Source of the DNA: Polyangiales bacterium
Lineage (GTDB): Bacteria > Myxococcota_A > Polyangia > Polyangiales > Polyangiaceae
Direction of reading: 5' to 3'
Assembly: GCA_038230375.1 (NCBI GenBank)
Contig: JBBRNJ010000002.1
Span: 32,001-96,000, forward strand
DNA length: 64,000 nucleotides
Position numbers and translations under genes: made by a program. Within the stretch, counting starts at the first letter, position 1, and the number at the start of each line of letters is the position of its first letter. This document shows, in pieces, positions 18,278 to 28,113 of the stretch. Under the pieces are notes generated by a model, which saw only the letters and a program-made list of their open reading frames with translations, was not told the DNA's origin and did no database searches.

Positions 18278-19135
18278 ATGCGGTTTCGGCTTCGGTACCT
18301 TCAGCACGATCTGGAGCTCGGCGAGGGCGAGTTCGCGATCGGTCGGAGCGCGAGCTGCCAGCTCTCGCTCGATGACCCGCTGGTATCGCGCCGGCACGCG
18401 GTGATGATGGTCGGGAACGACGGGGTCACGGTCGAGGACCTCGAGAGCCGCAATGGCGTGGTGGTCAACGGTATGCGCATCGAAGGGCGCGTGCACCTGA
18501 ATGTCGGCGACAAGGTCATGATCGGCTCGCAGGAGCTGACGCTCCTTGGCTCCCGTGAGGCCCGCGGTGGCGCTGGCACCGGCGGACAGATCGCGCCGCC
18601 CGTCGGCTACGGCAAGATGACGATGCCGAAGATGAAGATCAACACGCCGAGCTCGGCGTTTGCGTCTTCACCGCTCGATTCCGAGCCCGAGCCGAGCATG
18701 GTTCGCCGCGCGGACCAGTTCAAGCTGCTTGGCGGTGTGGCCGAAAAAGCGCTCGCGCTCGGTCGCGCGGGAGAGGCAGAGCGATTGCTCGCGTCGGCGC
18801 TCGCGGACGTCATCGAGTCCACGCGCGCAGGCAAGATGCTGCCGCCCACGCTCGTGGATCAGGCCGCGAAGTTCTCCGCGAAGCTCGCCACGGCAACGGG
18901 CAAGGGCGGCTGGGCGGACTACGTGATCGAGCTGTACGACGCGCAGAAGCGGCCGCCGCCCGCTGCGGTCATCGACGAGATGTATTCCGCGATGGGGAAG
19001 GTCGCGTCGGTGGACGTTCCCCGCCTTCGGGCGTACGTCGAGATGCTGCGGGAGTTCCTGACGAGCTACGGCCCGGCGGACCGGTTCTTGTTTCAGCGGC
19101 TGGAGGGACTGTTGCGCCTCGCGGCGTTGAAGTAG
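18278..19135 (+). CDS. FHA-domain protein (paralog of the upstream gene)
   Basis: IGRSASC...DPLVSRRHA...DLESRNGVVVNG. C-terminal AEKALALGRAGEAERLL resembles VERALGGDRIDEAERML of the neighbour. Confidence 0.88.
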   Translation: MRFRLRYLQHDLELGEGEFAIGRSASCQLSLDDPLVSRRHAVMMVGNDGVTVEDLESRNGVVVNGMRIEGRVHLNVGDKVMIGSQELTLLGSREARGGAGTGGQIAPPVGYGKMTMPKMKINTPSSAFASSPLDSEPEPSMVRRADQFKLLGGVAEKALALGRAGEAERLLASALADVIESTRAGKMLPPTLVDQAAKFSAKLATATGKGGWADYVIELYDAQKRPPPAAVIDEMYSAMGKVASVDVPRLRAYVEMLREFLTSYGPADRFLFQRLEGLLRLAALK

Positions 19136-19619
19136 CCACGTTCTCGCTCGCCTTCTGCCAGGCCAGGTTCATCTCGGCGGAGTCGCGGAGCAGCGCCGCG
19201 AGCTCTTGATCCTCGACCTGCTCGATCTCGTGCGTCAGCTTCTCGCCCAGCGCGACCTTGGAGGGCACCTTCTTCGAGCGCCGACGCTCGAGCGGCCTTC
19301 CGGGCGGCTCCACGTGTCCCGGGCGAACGACGATCTTCTGGACGTCGTAGCCGGCGGTCTGGAGGCGCTCGAGGATGGTGGCGGACAGGAGCGTGAGCTC
19401 GTGCGCCCACGTGCTGGTCGCGGCGATGATGGTCAGGGTCTGAAACTCGATCTTCTGGGGGACGGTGCGCTCGGCGATGCGCGCGCCCACCAGCGCTCGC
19501 CATGCCAGGGGCGAGATCACCGGCCGAACGCGCGCGAAGCGGTGCTCGCCGGCACGCACGAAGACACGGTCGAGCGCCTCCGGCTCACGCAGCTGGGCCC
19601 GCGGGCGTCTACGGCTCAT
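18969..19619 (-). CDS. DciA/DUF721 family protein
   Basis: WRALVGARIAERTVP...LTIIAATSTWAHELTLLSATILERL is the DUF721 pattern. The 3' end overlaps the convergent FHA gene. Confidence 0.75.
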   Translation of the reverse strand: MSRRRPRAQLREPEALDRVFVRAGEHRFARVRPVISPLAWRALVGARIAERTVPQKIEFQTLTIIAATSTWAHELTLLSATILERLQTAGYDVQKIVVRPGHVEPPGRPLERRRSKKVPSKVALGEKLTHEIEQVEDQELAALLRDSAEMNLAWQKASENVATSTPRGATVPPAAETRTGPPGRSSSGTPAASRRTPEGGERPPTRPSPSRNTSRR

Positions 19620-19699
19620 GCGACAGTCTTACCGGCTACGTGGAAAATCGTCGCGGTTTTTGATAACGACTGCACCCACACGAAAGAGGCGTCATCAAG

Positions 19700-20077
19700 A
19701 TGTGGGAAATCAGCCAAGAGACCGAGGTCGCTGCCGCGCACCAGCTCAGGTTCGCGCCCGGTGAGGGAGAGCGACTGCACGGCCACAACTGGCGAATCAA
19801 GGCCACCGTGCGCGCGTCCGAGCTCGATTCGAGCGGCTTCGTATGTGACTTCGCGGTGCTCGGAAAGGAGCTCCGCGCGATCGTGGAGCCGTACGAGCAC
19901 GTCTTCCTGAACGAGGTCGCGCCGTTCATGGATCTCAACCCGACCGCAGAGAACATCGCCCGCGTCGTGGCGGACAGTCTTGTCGCCCGCATCGAGACCC
20001 CTCGGCTCAAGGTCGCGCGTGTGGAGGTCTGGGAAGAGCGGACCTGCCAGGCGATCTACTACCGGCTGTTCCCCTAG
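19700..20077 (+). CDS. queD: 6-carboxytetrahydropterin synthase (PTPS/QueD family)
   Basis: AAHQL...ERLHGHNW, DF, HVFLNE, NPTAENIA, VEVWE. Confidence 0.88.
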   Translation: MWEISQETEVAAAHQLRFAPGEGERLHGHNWRIKATVRASELDSSGFVCDFAVLGKELRAIVEPYEHVFLNEVAPFMDLNPTAENIARVVADSLVARIETPRLKVARVEVWEERTCQAIYYRLFP

Positions 20078-20105
20078 AGGCACGCGCCTCGGAGCGTCGC
20101 TACGC

Positions 20106-22679
20106 CTACCTTGCGACCGCGCTCGGCGGGAGCAACGTGAGGATGCCGTCCGGCGCGACCGGGTCGGTCACGGCTCCGCGTCGATCGCTGATGCCGACGC
20201 GCACGAGGCCGTCGGGCAGGAGCAGGGCATAGGGCACGAGCGGCTTCGGGGGTGTCTCGCGGTCGGCGACCACGTAGACCGTGACGGACGATGCGCCGCC
20301 CTTCGGAGCGAAAGGAGCCGATAGCATCGCGTCGCAGCGCTCGGCGATCTCGGAGACGCGCTCCTCGTCACGGCATCGTGCGAGCGCGCGGCGGTCCTCG
20401 TCGTTCGGGGCGTTACCCACGGCGCGCGCCGCGGCACCGCGGACGCTGTCGCTCTCGTCCTCGAGCGCGTGCCGCTCCTTCGCGGGGTCCTCACAGCGGG
20501 CTGCCGCAAGCGCGAGGCCCGAGAGCGCGTTGAGGCGAACGTAGACACGGCCATCCGTGACGAACGCACACAGCTCGTGTGCGGCCACGTCTTTCTTCTT
20601 CTCGCGGGCCGCAATGCGGCCCATCGCCGCGACGGCATTGATGGTGACGTCGGTGTCGTCCTGCGCGGCGAGCGCGTGTAGCAGCGGAACGTCGGCCGAG
20701 CCGCCCGCCGTGCCCAGCGCGAACGCGGCCTGCGCGCGCACGTCGCTCGATGGATCTTGTGCGAGTGCGGCGAGCGACTTCAGCGTTGTCGCCCGCCCAC
20801 GGTGACGAGCGAGCATCGTGGCCGCCACCCGCCTGTCATCCACGCTTGCGCCCTTCGCCAGCGTGTAGAGCAGCGTGGGCACCTCGTCCCTGGGCATGCG
20901 CCCGAGCGTCTCCAGCACCATGTCGCGTTGACCGGCGCTCCGCACGGCGAAGAGGTCCGCCATGGCCGCGGGATCGCCCGGGTACCGCTCGGAGATGCCG
21001 GCGAGCGCGACAAACAGCGCGAACGCGTCGTTCTCCTCGTCCCCGAGGAGACGCTTCTCGATGTCTTGCTTGTCCTGCGGACCACCGACCTTCGCCAGTG
21101 CCAACGCCGCGTGGAGGCGCACCTCCGGCAAGGGATCCGACAGCAGCGTGACGAGCGGTGTGCGCGCCAAAGCCACCCCCCCCGCAGCACCCGGTGTGCC
21201 CGCTGGTGCAGCACCCACGCCGCCCACACCGCCCACGCCGCCCACACCGCCCACACCAATGGAGCCGAGCGCGTCGACGGCCGCGAGCTTCAGCGCTACG
21301 TCCTTCGTGGGCAAGATCCCGAGCAGGATGTCGCGTGCCCGCGGCGCGCCCGTGCGTCCGAGCACCTCCACGAGCAGCAGTCGATCCTCGGCGGACAGGC
21401 GCGCATCCTTCAGGGCGAACGTGATCGGCTCCACCGCGCGACCATCCGGTTTCTCCGGATTCGTCAGGTCGCGCGCGGAGAGCAATGCCTGGTGACGGAC
21501 GGCGGGGCTCTGATCGGAGATGAACTCCAGCACGACTGGCAGGGTCTCTGCGCCGCCGATCTTCGAGAGCACGAACAGCGCGGCGGGCACCGGGATGGAC
21601 CCGCGCTCCAGCGCCGCGCGCACCTTCTTCTCCTCGCCGCGCGCACCAAGAGACGCGAGCACGTACGCGGCGCTCGTGGCCGCGGCTTGCGAGTCGGGTC
21701 GGTCGAGCACACGTGACACGAGCGGTACGCAGCCCTGGCCCAGCGTGACCAGCGCGCGCCTCACGGGCGTGGGCTCGAGCGAAGAGCCCGCGTCCTCACC
21801 CACGCCAAGGAGCGACACGAGGAACGTCGCGGCCTGATCACCACCGATTCTCCCGAGGGCGTCGAGCGCGGCGTGCCGGACCTCTCTCACGCGATCCTGC
21901 GCCTGCTGCGCGATGGGATCGACCGCAGAGGTCGCGCGGAGCCGCGCGAGCGCACGGATGGCCTCGATTCGAACGTCGTTGACGGCGTCGCGGAGCAGGA
22001 GGACCAGGGCCGACACTGCGCGCTGATCATCGAGCGAGCCGAGCGCACGCGCGATGCTGGCGCGGACCTCCGGGACGGAGTCGGAGACCTTGCCCACGAG
22101 CGGCACGACGGCGCGCTTGTCGCCAAGGTGCGCGAGCGCGCGGATCACGTGGATGCGCACAGGCGGGCTCTGGTCGTCGAGCTTGCCCATGAGCGGCGCG
22201 ACGGCCTCGCCGTTCTTCTGGGCGCCGAGCGCCCCCGCGGCGGCGGCGCGGACGTTGGGGTCGCTGTCTTGCAGCGCGCGCGCCAGCTGCGGCACGGCCC
22301 TTGGCGAGGGCATGGCGCGGAGGACGTCGCATGCGGTGAGGCGGACCTTCGCCTCCTTGTCGCCGAGCCACGGAAGCACGGCGTCGGACGCGCCCTCTGC
22401 GCGGAGTATGACCGCGGCCTTCGCCGCTTCGATGCGGACCTCGTCGTCGGTGTCGCCGAGCGCCTCGAGCACGAGCGGCGTGCCGCGCGCCTTTCCGATG
22501 TCCGGGAGCTTTCGTGCGGCCTTGCGCCGTTCTTCGCGATCGGTGGAGTGCATGGCGCGCTCGACGCGGTCGAGCACGTCCGGCCACACGAGGGCGCGCG
22601 CATCCGCGGACATGGTGGCGCTCAGGATCATCGCGGGCAGGAGAGGCCACGCGCGGCAGATCTTGGAGCGCTTCTTCAC
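20106..22679 (-). CDS. Secreted/periplasmic HEAT-repeat (PBS-lyase-like) protein
   Basis: Signal peptide ending ADARA; many LxDxxxxVRxxAAxALG repeats; short GGV x4 insert. Confidence 0.85.
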   Translation of the reverse strand: MKKRSKICRAWPLLPAMILSATMSADARALVWPDVLDRVERAMHSTDREERRKAARKLPDIGKARGTPLVLEALGDTDDEVRIEAAKAAVILRAEGASDAVLPWLGDKEAKVRLTACDVLRAMPSPRAVPQLARALQDSDPNVRAAAAGALGAQKNGEAVAPLMGKLDDQSPPVRIHVIRALAHLGDKRAVVPLVGKVSDSVPEVRASIARALGSLDDQRAVSALVLLLRDAVNDVRIEAIRALARLRATSAVDPIAQQAQDRVREVRHAALDALGRIGGDQAATFLVSLLGVGEDAGSSLEPTPVRRALVTLGQGCVPLVSRVLDRPDSQAAATSAAYVLASLGARGEEKKVRAALERGSIPVPAALFVLSKIGGAETLPVVLEFISDQSPAVRHQALLSARDLTNPEKPDGRAVEPITFALKDARLSAEDRLLLVEVLGRTGAPRARDILLGILPTKDVALKLAAVDALGSIGVGGVGGVGGVGGVGAAPAGTPGAAGGVALARTPLVTLLSDPLPEVRLHAALALAKVGGPQDKQDIEKRLLGDEENDAFALFVALAGISERYPGDPAAMADLFAVRSAGQRDMVLETLGRMPRDEVPTLLYTLAKGASVDDRRVAATMLARHRGRATTLKSLAALAQDPSSDVRAQAAFALGTAGGSADVPLLHALAAQDDTDVTINAVAAMGRIAAREKKKDVAAHELCAFVTDGRVYVRLNALSGLALAAARCEDPAKERHALEDESDSVRGAAARAVGNAPNDEDRRALARCRDEERVSEIAERCDAMLSAPFAPKGGASSVTVYVVADRETPPKPLVPYALLLPDGLVRVGISDRRGAVTDPVAPDGILTLLPPSAVAR

Positions 22680-22745
22680 GTGGTCAAGAGTATCAAATCG
22701 CCGGGCTCCGCGGGCCTTTGAGTTCGCGCGAGCGCCAGAGACGCG

Positions 22746-24971
22746 TCAGCCGAACCCGCGACGGCGGCGGATGAACCAGTGGGCGCCCAGCGCGGCGGCA
22801 GCAAGCAGGGACCAGCCCCATGCGGGCGCGACGGGGACCACATGCCGCTCCGCGCTGACGACGGTGGGGCTCGGCAATGCGAGCTTGCTCGCGTCCCACG
22901 CGAAGGCAAAGTCGCCGTGGGTCTCCTTTGCTATGTCGCGGAGCCGCTGCACGTCGGGTCGGGGATCCGCCCACTCGTCGCCGCCCGCCTCGCACGCGAA
23001 GTCGAGCGAGGTCGAGGGCCCTGTACCAAAGCCAACCTTGGCCGTGTATCCGCCCTCCGCGAGCGCGGGCAGGTCAATGTCGACGCCGGAGAGCAGGTCG
23101 GCCTTCTGGTCGATCGGGACGACGATGACGGCGGCCTCCTCGTCCAGGCGCTTGAGCGTGAGCTTGGTGCCCTCTGGCTTCATGCCGCTCACTGCCTTGA
23201 GGCGCAGGCGTGTCTTCGTCCCCACCGTACAACCAGCGGGAAGCGAGAGCTGCGCGGGCTCGTACCGTGGGTCGCGCATGAGCCACCCGAGCAGACCATC
23301 CCAGAGCGCCGCGTACCCACGCCCCTGCGTGCGCGAGCCGAGCGGCGAGTATTCCAGCTCCCACGCACCGTCGATCGCGAGCGCAATGGAGCGGCCCGCG
23401 CCCACCTCGCCCACGGCCAGCACGGGCATCTTTGCGCCGCTCGGCGTCAGACGCGTGGGGTGGGTGAGAAGCGCGGTCGCGTGCTCGGCGAGATCGCCCA
23501 CGACGTTGACGCCCTCCACCTGTGGGAACTCGTCATTGGTGGCCTTGCGCAGCGGCGCAAGGATGGGCGCGGTGCGTCCGACGTCGGTCCAGTCGGGTGT
23601 GAACTTCGCGAGGTCCTCCTTCGTGTGTCCCGGAACGCCGTCGAGCTTCACGGGGAGCACGTCAGCGAGGGGCGTGCGCGCGTAGCCGCCGGACACGAAC
23701 GACGCGGGACCGCCGACCATGATGAGCCCTCCGCCGCGCTCCTTCACGTAGTTCGCGAGTCGCGGCAAATGAGGACGGAGTCCGTAGGGCGCCACCTCGA
23801 AGTCTTGCAAGATGACCGCGTCGAACGACGCGAGGTGCTGCTCGAAGAGCTCGTCGACGGGGAAGGGAATGAGCGCGAGCTCCTCGTTCGGGGCGCGCGG
23901 ATCGTCCGTGGGCGTGCGCAAGATGAAGAACGCGACGAGATCGATCGATGCGTCGCTCTTGAGCCACTGACGGAGGGCGCGCACGTCCGCAGTGGGCCGG
24001 CCTGCCACGTGCAGCACGCGGAGCCGCTCGCGCGCGACGTTGAACGTGAAGAAGCGGCGGTTGTTCTCCGGGATCTTGTCGCCTGCGGGCGCAGAGAGCG
24101 CGACCTCGACGATGCGTGGGCCAAAGCTGTCGAGCGTGATCGTGAGGTCCACCACGCCGTGGCCCTGCGAGACGTCCGCCAGCCCCGACGCAAGGAGTGT
24201 GGGCGCGCCGCTCGCGCGAAGCTCACGCGCAGTGACCGTCAGCTTGTCGCACGACAGTCCGCCGGTGCAGAGCACCTCCACGCGCAGCGGCAGTGGCACG
24301 TGCGCGACGGCGCTGCCAGTTGCGCCCACGTGCAAGATGGTTGCGTCGGGCAACGATTCTTCCGCGGTGGCGATGGTGTGGATCGGCACGTTGAGCCCGT
24401 CGATCAGCGGATGCAGCCCCTTCTCGCTCTCGGGCTCCGACAGCCGGCCGTCGGACACGACCACCACGGCTTGCGGTGTCTCGCCTTCGCCCTTGAGCAC
24501 GGGGACAAGCGCGCTCATCAGGTCACTGCGCGGCCGCGCGGCGTCGCCCTCGGAGAGCGGGAACGGTGTGCCCTCGCCAAAGCCGAGCACGGTGATGCGT
24601 GCCTCCTTCGTGGAGGCTTGCAGCGCGGCGATGGCCTGGTCGCGTGCGGCCTTGCGCGTGCCACCGCGTGTGGACTGCAGATCCATGGAGCGCGAAGCGT
24701 CGGCGAGGACGATCACGCGAGGGCCGATCCTGCTTTCGCGCGCTGCGATGCGCACGGGTCGCGTCACCGCGAGCAAGAGCGACGCGACGGCGACGACGCC
24801 CGTGACGAGCACGAGCGCCCGCCCGCTGCGCCGCACGCGCATCTCCACGATGAGCGCGAGCAGGCTGACGGCGCACACCACGCACGCGAGCAGCGCCGCC
24901 CACGTTGGAAAGTCGGAGCTGGGCGCGAAATGCGTCGTCAGCCCTCCTGCGAGGAGCACGAAGCGCGTCAT
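22746..24971 (-). CDS. Membrane protein with vWA-like and class I glutamine-amidotransferase-like domains
   Basis: N-terminal TM segments, DASRSM MIDAS, VVSDG, FDAVIL...GGGLIMVGG, C-terminal TM followed by WFIRRRRG. Confidence 0.8.
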   Translation of the reverse strand: MTRFVLLAGGLTTHFAPSSDFPTWAALLACVVCAVSLLALIVEMRVRRSGRALVLVTGVVAVASLLLAVTRPVRIAARESRIGPRVIVLADASRSMDLQSTRGGTRKAARDQAIAALQASTKEARITVLGFGEGTPFPLSEGDAARPRSDLMSALVPVLKGEGETPQAVVVVSDGRLSEPESEKGLHPLIDGLNVPIHTIATAEESLPDATILHVGATGSAVAHVPLPLRVEVLCTGGLSCDKLTVTARELRASGAPTLLASGLADVSQGHGVVDLTITLDSFGPRIVEVALSAPAGDKIPENNRRFFTFNVARERLRVLHVAGRPTADVRALRQWLKSDASIDLVAFFILRTPTDDPRAPNEELALIPFPVDELFEQHLASFDAVILQDFEVAPYGLRPHLPRLANYVKERGGGLIMVGGPASFVSGGYARTPLADVLPVKLDGVPGHTKEDLAKFTPDWTDVGRTAPILAPLRKATNDEFPQVEGVNVVGDLAEHATALLTHPTRLTPSGAKMPVLAVGEVGAGRSIALAIDGAWELEYSPLGSRTQGRGYAALWDGLLGWLMRDPRYEPAQLSLPAGCTVGTKTRLRLKAVSGMKPEGTKLTLKRLDEEAAVIVVPIDQKADLLSGVDIDLPALAEGGYTAKVGFGTGPSTSLDFACEAGGDEWADPRPDVQRLRDIAKETHGDFAFAWDASKLALPSPTVVSAERHVVPVAPAWGWSLLAAAALGAHWFIRRRRGFG

Positions 24972-24973
24972 TG

Positions 24974-25762
24974 TCAGGGCTCGCTCTCTCGAACGCGCGA
25001 CCGGCGACGGATGAGGAACGGCGCGTGGACCTGGTCGTCCTTGTAGTTCGAGCAGAGCAGATACATCGCGATGTTCACGGCAAGGCGTACCGCGTGATCG
25101 CGCTGCGCCTCACCGCCCGGGACCACGGGGAACTCCCAGACGCCAGTGGGCCCTTGGGCCAGCGCCCCGCCAAGGTCGTGGTTGGTGAAGATCACCTGCA
25201 CGTTGCCGCCGCGCACGATGGCGTCGAGCGTCCTCGGGCCCTGCACGCGCCCCTCTGCTCGGTGGAGCAGGTAGAAGCTCTTGAAGATGACGTGCTCCGG
25301 TCCGATCTGGATGATGGCAGAGTCGGGCAGCACGCGGGCGATCTGCGCGCGCGCCGTCTTGCCGAACTCGCTCTTTTCGCCGTCGAAGTTCACGCCGGCG
25401 TCGTCGACCACGAGCAGGCCGCCGAGCGCGAAGAACCGGCGCAGCCCGGAGACCTCCGCCGACGACAGGGGCGTCAGCGCGACGTCGCCGCTCCAGTACA
25501 GGAATGGCCCCGAGACGATCTCGCCGTCGTCGGCGCGCACGGACGTGGGGCGCGAGCGTGCGGGCGCGCTGGTGCGCATGACGAGCTCGTGCGCCCATCG
25601 GAGCGGCGCAGTGGGACGAGCCGCGCCCGTGGTACCGCCCGCGAGCAGGACGCGGGCGTCGAACGCGCCGCGGTCGCCGAACGCGCGCGCGGGGCGGGGG
25701 ACCGCGAGGACGAGGAGCGTCACCACGAGCACTGCGAGCGAGATGGCCGCGATGCGTCGCAT
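24974..25762 (-). CDS. DUF4159-domain protein
   Basis: PFLYWSG...LRRFFALGGLLVVDD...HVIFKSFY...NHDL...AVNIAMYLLCSNYKDDQVH. Confidence 0.85.
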   Translation of the reverse strand: MRRIAAISLAVLVVTLLVLAVPRPARAFGDRGAFDARVLLAGGTTGAARPTAPLRWAHELVMRTSAPARSRPTSVRADDGEIVSGPFLYWSGDVALTPLSSAEVSGLRRFFALGGLLVVDDAGVNFDGEKSEFGKTARAQIARVLPDSAIIQIGPEHVIFKSFYLLHRAEGRVQGPRTLDAIVRGGNVQVIFTNHDLGGALAQGPTGVWEFPVVPGGEAQRDHAVRLAVNIAMYLLCSNYKDDQVHAPFLIRRRSRVRESEP

Positions 25763-25767
25763 GAGGT

Positions 25768-26400
25768 TCAGTCGAAGTCTTCGACGCGCCAGATGCCGGC
25801 CTCGCGCCGCAGACGCACGTGATGCCCGCCGGGAACGGCGATCTGCGCGGCGTCGCCGGTGGTCTCCACGGGGAGCGTCTCCGGGTGGTCGAGCCCGATC
25901 ACCAGCGAGCGGAGGTCTGCCTCGACCGCGGCGCGCGTTTGCGGGGAAAGTACACGCATCAGACCGATGTAGCTCCGCCGCGCGAGCACGCGCCGCAGCT
26001 GGTCCAGCGCCTGCTCGGGGCTCTTCGCGCCGCCGGGCATGGTGCCCGCGGCCGACACCCAGAAGTGCCCTTCGCGGAGCTCCAGCGCGGTCTCCTCGCC
26101 GTCCTGATAGCGCAGGCGCGCGGTCGCCTCGACCCGGGCGTCCTTGTTCTGGACCGCGCGTGCCTGCTCAGCGAGCTCCTCGCGATCCTCCGCCAGGAGC
26201 TTCTTCAGATCCTCCTTGGAGCGGCTGCGCTGCGCGTTCTCGGTGAGCATGCCGTAGAGCGCGTCCGCGTCCTGGCTCTGCACTGCGCGCGCGTATTCGT
26301 TCGCGGCGGACTTGGGATCGGGGACCTGCGACGCCGCGCATCCGGCCATGAAGGCGCTGGCGCAGGCGATCCCGGCGATTCGCGAAAAGCTGTCCGACAT
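25768..26400 (-). CDS. Lipoprotein of unknown function with internal duplication
   Basis: Lipobox MAGC; two similar helical halves ending LREGHFWV and RREAGIWRV. Confidence 0.75.
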   Translation of the reverse strand: MSDSFSRIAGIACASAFMAGCAASQVPDPKSAANEYARAVQSQDADALYGMLTENAQRSRSKEDLKKLLAEDREELAEQARAVQNKDARVEATARLRYQDGEETALELREGHFWVSAAGTMPGGAKSPEQALDQLRRVLARRSYIGLMRVLSPQTRAAVEADLRSLVIGLDHPETLPVETTGDAAQIAVPGGHHVRLRREAGIWRVEDFD

Positions 26401-26431
26401 GAGCGCTCAGCGTAGCAAGAAATAACGCGCT

Positions 26432-28078
26432 TCAGCGGGGTTTTCCGACGCCAGTCGCGCCCACGGCACGAGAGGAAGGCGGAGATGAGTCCGTGCGGGG
26501 TCCGGCGTCGGCGAGCACGACCTCCAGCAGGAAGACCTCGCGCAGCATCTCTGCCTTCACGCCGAGCGTCCACTCCTCGAGCGTGCGGTCCTCCTCGCCG
26601 TCGAGCGTGAGCACGAGCTTCTTGCCGACCACGGCGCCGCGCAGCCGCTCCACCTTGCCCAGGTGCTCGCGATCGAGCGCGTCGGCCACGCGCAGGATCG
26701 CGGCCAGCATGCGCACCTTCGCGCGCGCGTCCTTCTCGAGCTCGCGGAAGTTCGGATGCGACGGATCGGGCGGGCTCTTGCGGTGGTAGCGCGCCACGTT
26801 CGCGACGATGGAGCGCTCGTCACGCGACAGCCCCATGATGTCGGAGTGGGCAATCAGGTAGAAGCTGTGTTTGTGGTGACCGTCGTAGCGCACGAAGTCC
26901 CCGACGTCGTGCAGCAGTCCAGACGCGCGGAGCAGCAGACGGTCGCGCGCGGTGAGACCGTGGTGTGTGGCGAGCACGTCGAACAGCTCGGCCGCAAAGC
27001 CCGCAACGCGCACGCCGTGCGCCTCGTCGAAGTTGTAACGCCGGCCGAGCCGCAGGCACGCGGTGAGGATGCGGTTCTCTTCGGAGCCGGTGTCCCAGAG
27101 CGCAAAGTGCCTGGCGACGAGCTCCTCGAGCACGCCATCCTTGAGACCAACGCCCGGCGCAACGATGTGCTTCGCGCCGAAGAGCGACGCAGCAAAGGAG
27201 TAGATCACGGCAGCCGGGACGATGGTGTCCGCGCGATCCGGTCGCAAGCCAAACTTCCGCTGGCGCTCCTCTGCGGTCAGGCGAAAGAGCTCCTCGCGAA
27301 GGACGTTCATCTGCGCGACGTCGATCACGCGGAGCGTTGGCGTGGCCACGTTGGGCTTGGCCGGCGCCAGCTCCGCGAGCGAGTCGACGTTGCCACCCGT
27401 ACCGATGACCAGATCCACGGGTGCCTTCGGCAGGTTCTGCCGTACCTCGACGAAGGCGCGCTCCACCGTCTCCACCAGGAGCCGGTGCTGCCGTTTGTCG
27501 ATCTTGTTGGCGCCGCGCAGGAAGGTCTCGAGCATGCGCACCGTGCCCAGCGGTATCGACATGGAGAACGACGCCTCGCCGCGCTCGAGCAGCGTGATCT
27601 CGGTGGAGCCCCCGCCCACGTCGATGAGCACCGCCGACTTCTCCGTGAGCCCCAGCTTCTTCACCACGGCGAGCTGGATCAGGCGCGCCTCTTCGACGCC
27701 CTCGATGATCTCCAGATCGACGCCGGCCTCACGGCGAGCGCGCTCGGCCAGCGTGGCGCCGTTCTGCGCCTCCCGCACGGCGCTCGTCGCGGTCGCGCGG
27801 TAGGCCGACACGCCGGCCGCATCCATCGCCACCTTGAACTCGCGCAGCGCAGCGCACGCCTGCCCGATCGAGCTCGGCGTGAGCTTGCCCGTGAGGAAGA
27901 CTTCAGTGCCGAGCCTCACGGGCGCGCGCTGGCTCATCACCTCGCGCAGCTCGGGCTCGGTCTCGCTCGCGAGCAGCGCTAGCTGTTCGTCACCCTTCGC
28001 CCCCAGAGGCGCGGTTGCGTCCACGATCCGCATCCGGATCGCGTTCGAGCCCACGTCGATGGCAGCGAAGCGAGGCAT
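26432..28078 (-). CDS. ppx: Ppx/GppA exopolyphosphatase family protein with HD domain
   Basis: AAIDVGSNAIR, ATSAVREA, EEA, DVGGGSTE, GTGG, RADTI, LLHDVG...HHKHS. Confidence 0.92.
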   Translation of the reverse strand: MPRFAAIDVGSNAIRMRIVDATAPLGAKGDEQLALLASETEPELREVMSQRAPVRLGTEVFLTGKLTPSSIGQACAALREFKVAMDAAGVSAYRATATSAVREAQNGATLAERARREAGVDLEIIEGVEEARLIQLAVVKKLGLTEKSAVLIDVGGGSTEITLLERGEASFSMSIPLGTVRMLETFLRGANKIDKRQHRLLVETVERAFVEVRQNLPKAPVDLVIGTGGNVDSLAELAPAKPNVATPTLRVIDVAQMNVLREELFRLTAEERQRKFGLRPDRADTIVPAAVIYSFAASLFGAKHIVAPGVGLKDGVLEELVARHFALWDTGSEENRILTACLRLGRRYNFDEAHGVRVAGFAAELFDVLATHHGLTARDRLLLRASGLLHDVGDFVRYDGHHKHSFYLIAHSDIMGLSRDERSIVANVARYHRKSPPDPSHPNFRELEKDARAKVRMLAAILRVADALDREHLGKVERLRGAVVGKKLVLTLDGEEDRTLEEWTLGVKAEMLREVFLLEVVLADAGPRTDSSPPSSRAVGATGVGKPR

Positions 28079-28113
28079 TCTCCGTGATTTGGACTATCTT
28101 GAAAGGCGCCCAC

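Noticed and set aside
22054..25046. Long plus-strand ORFs (543 aa and 755 aa)
   Set aside because: Antisense shadows of the HEAT and vWA/GATase genes. Such shadows are expected at high GC, and these have no recognisable motifs.
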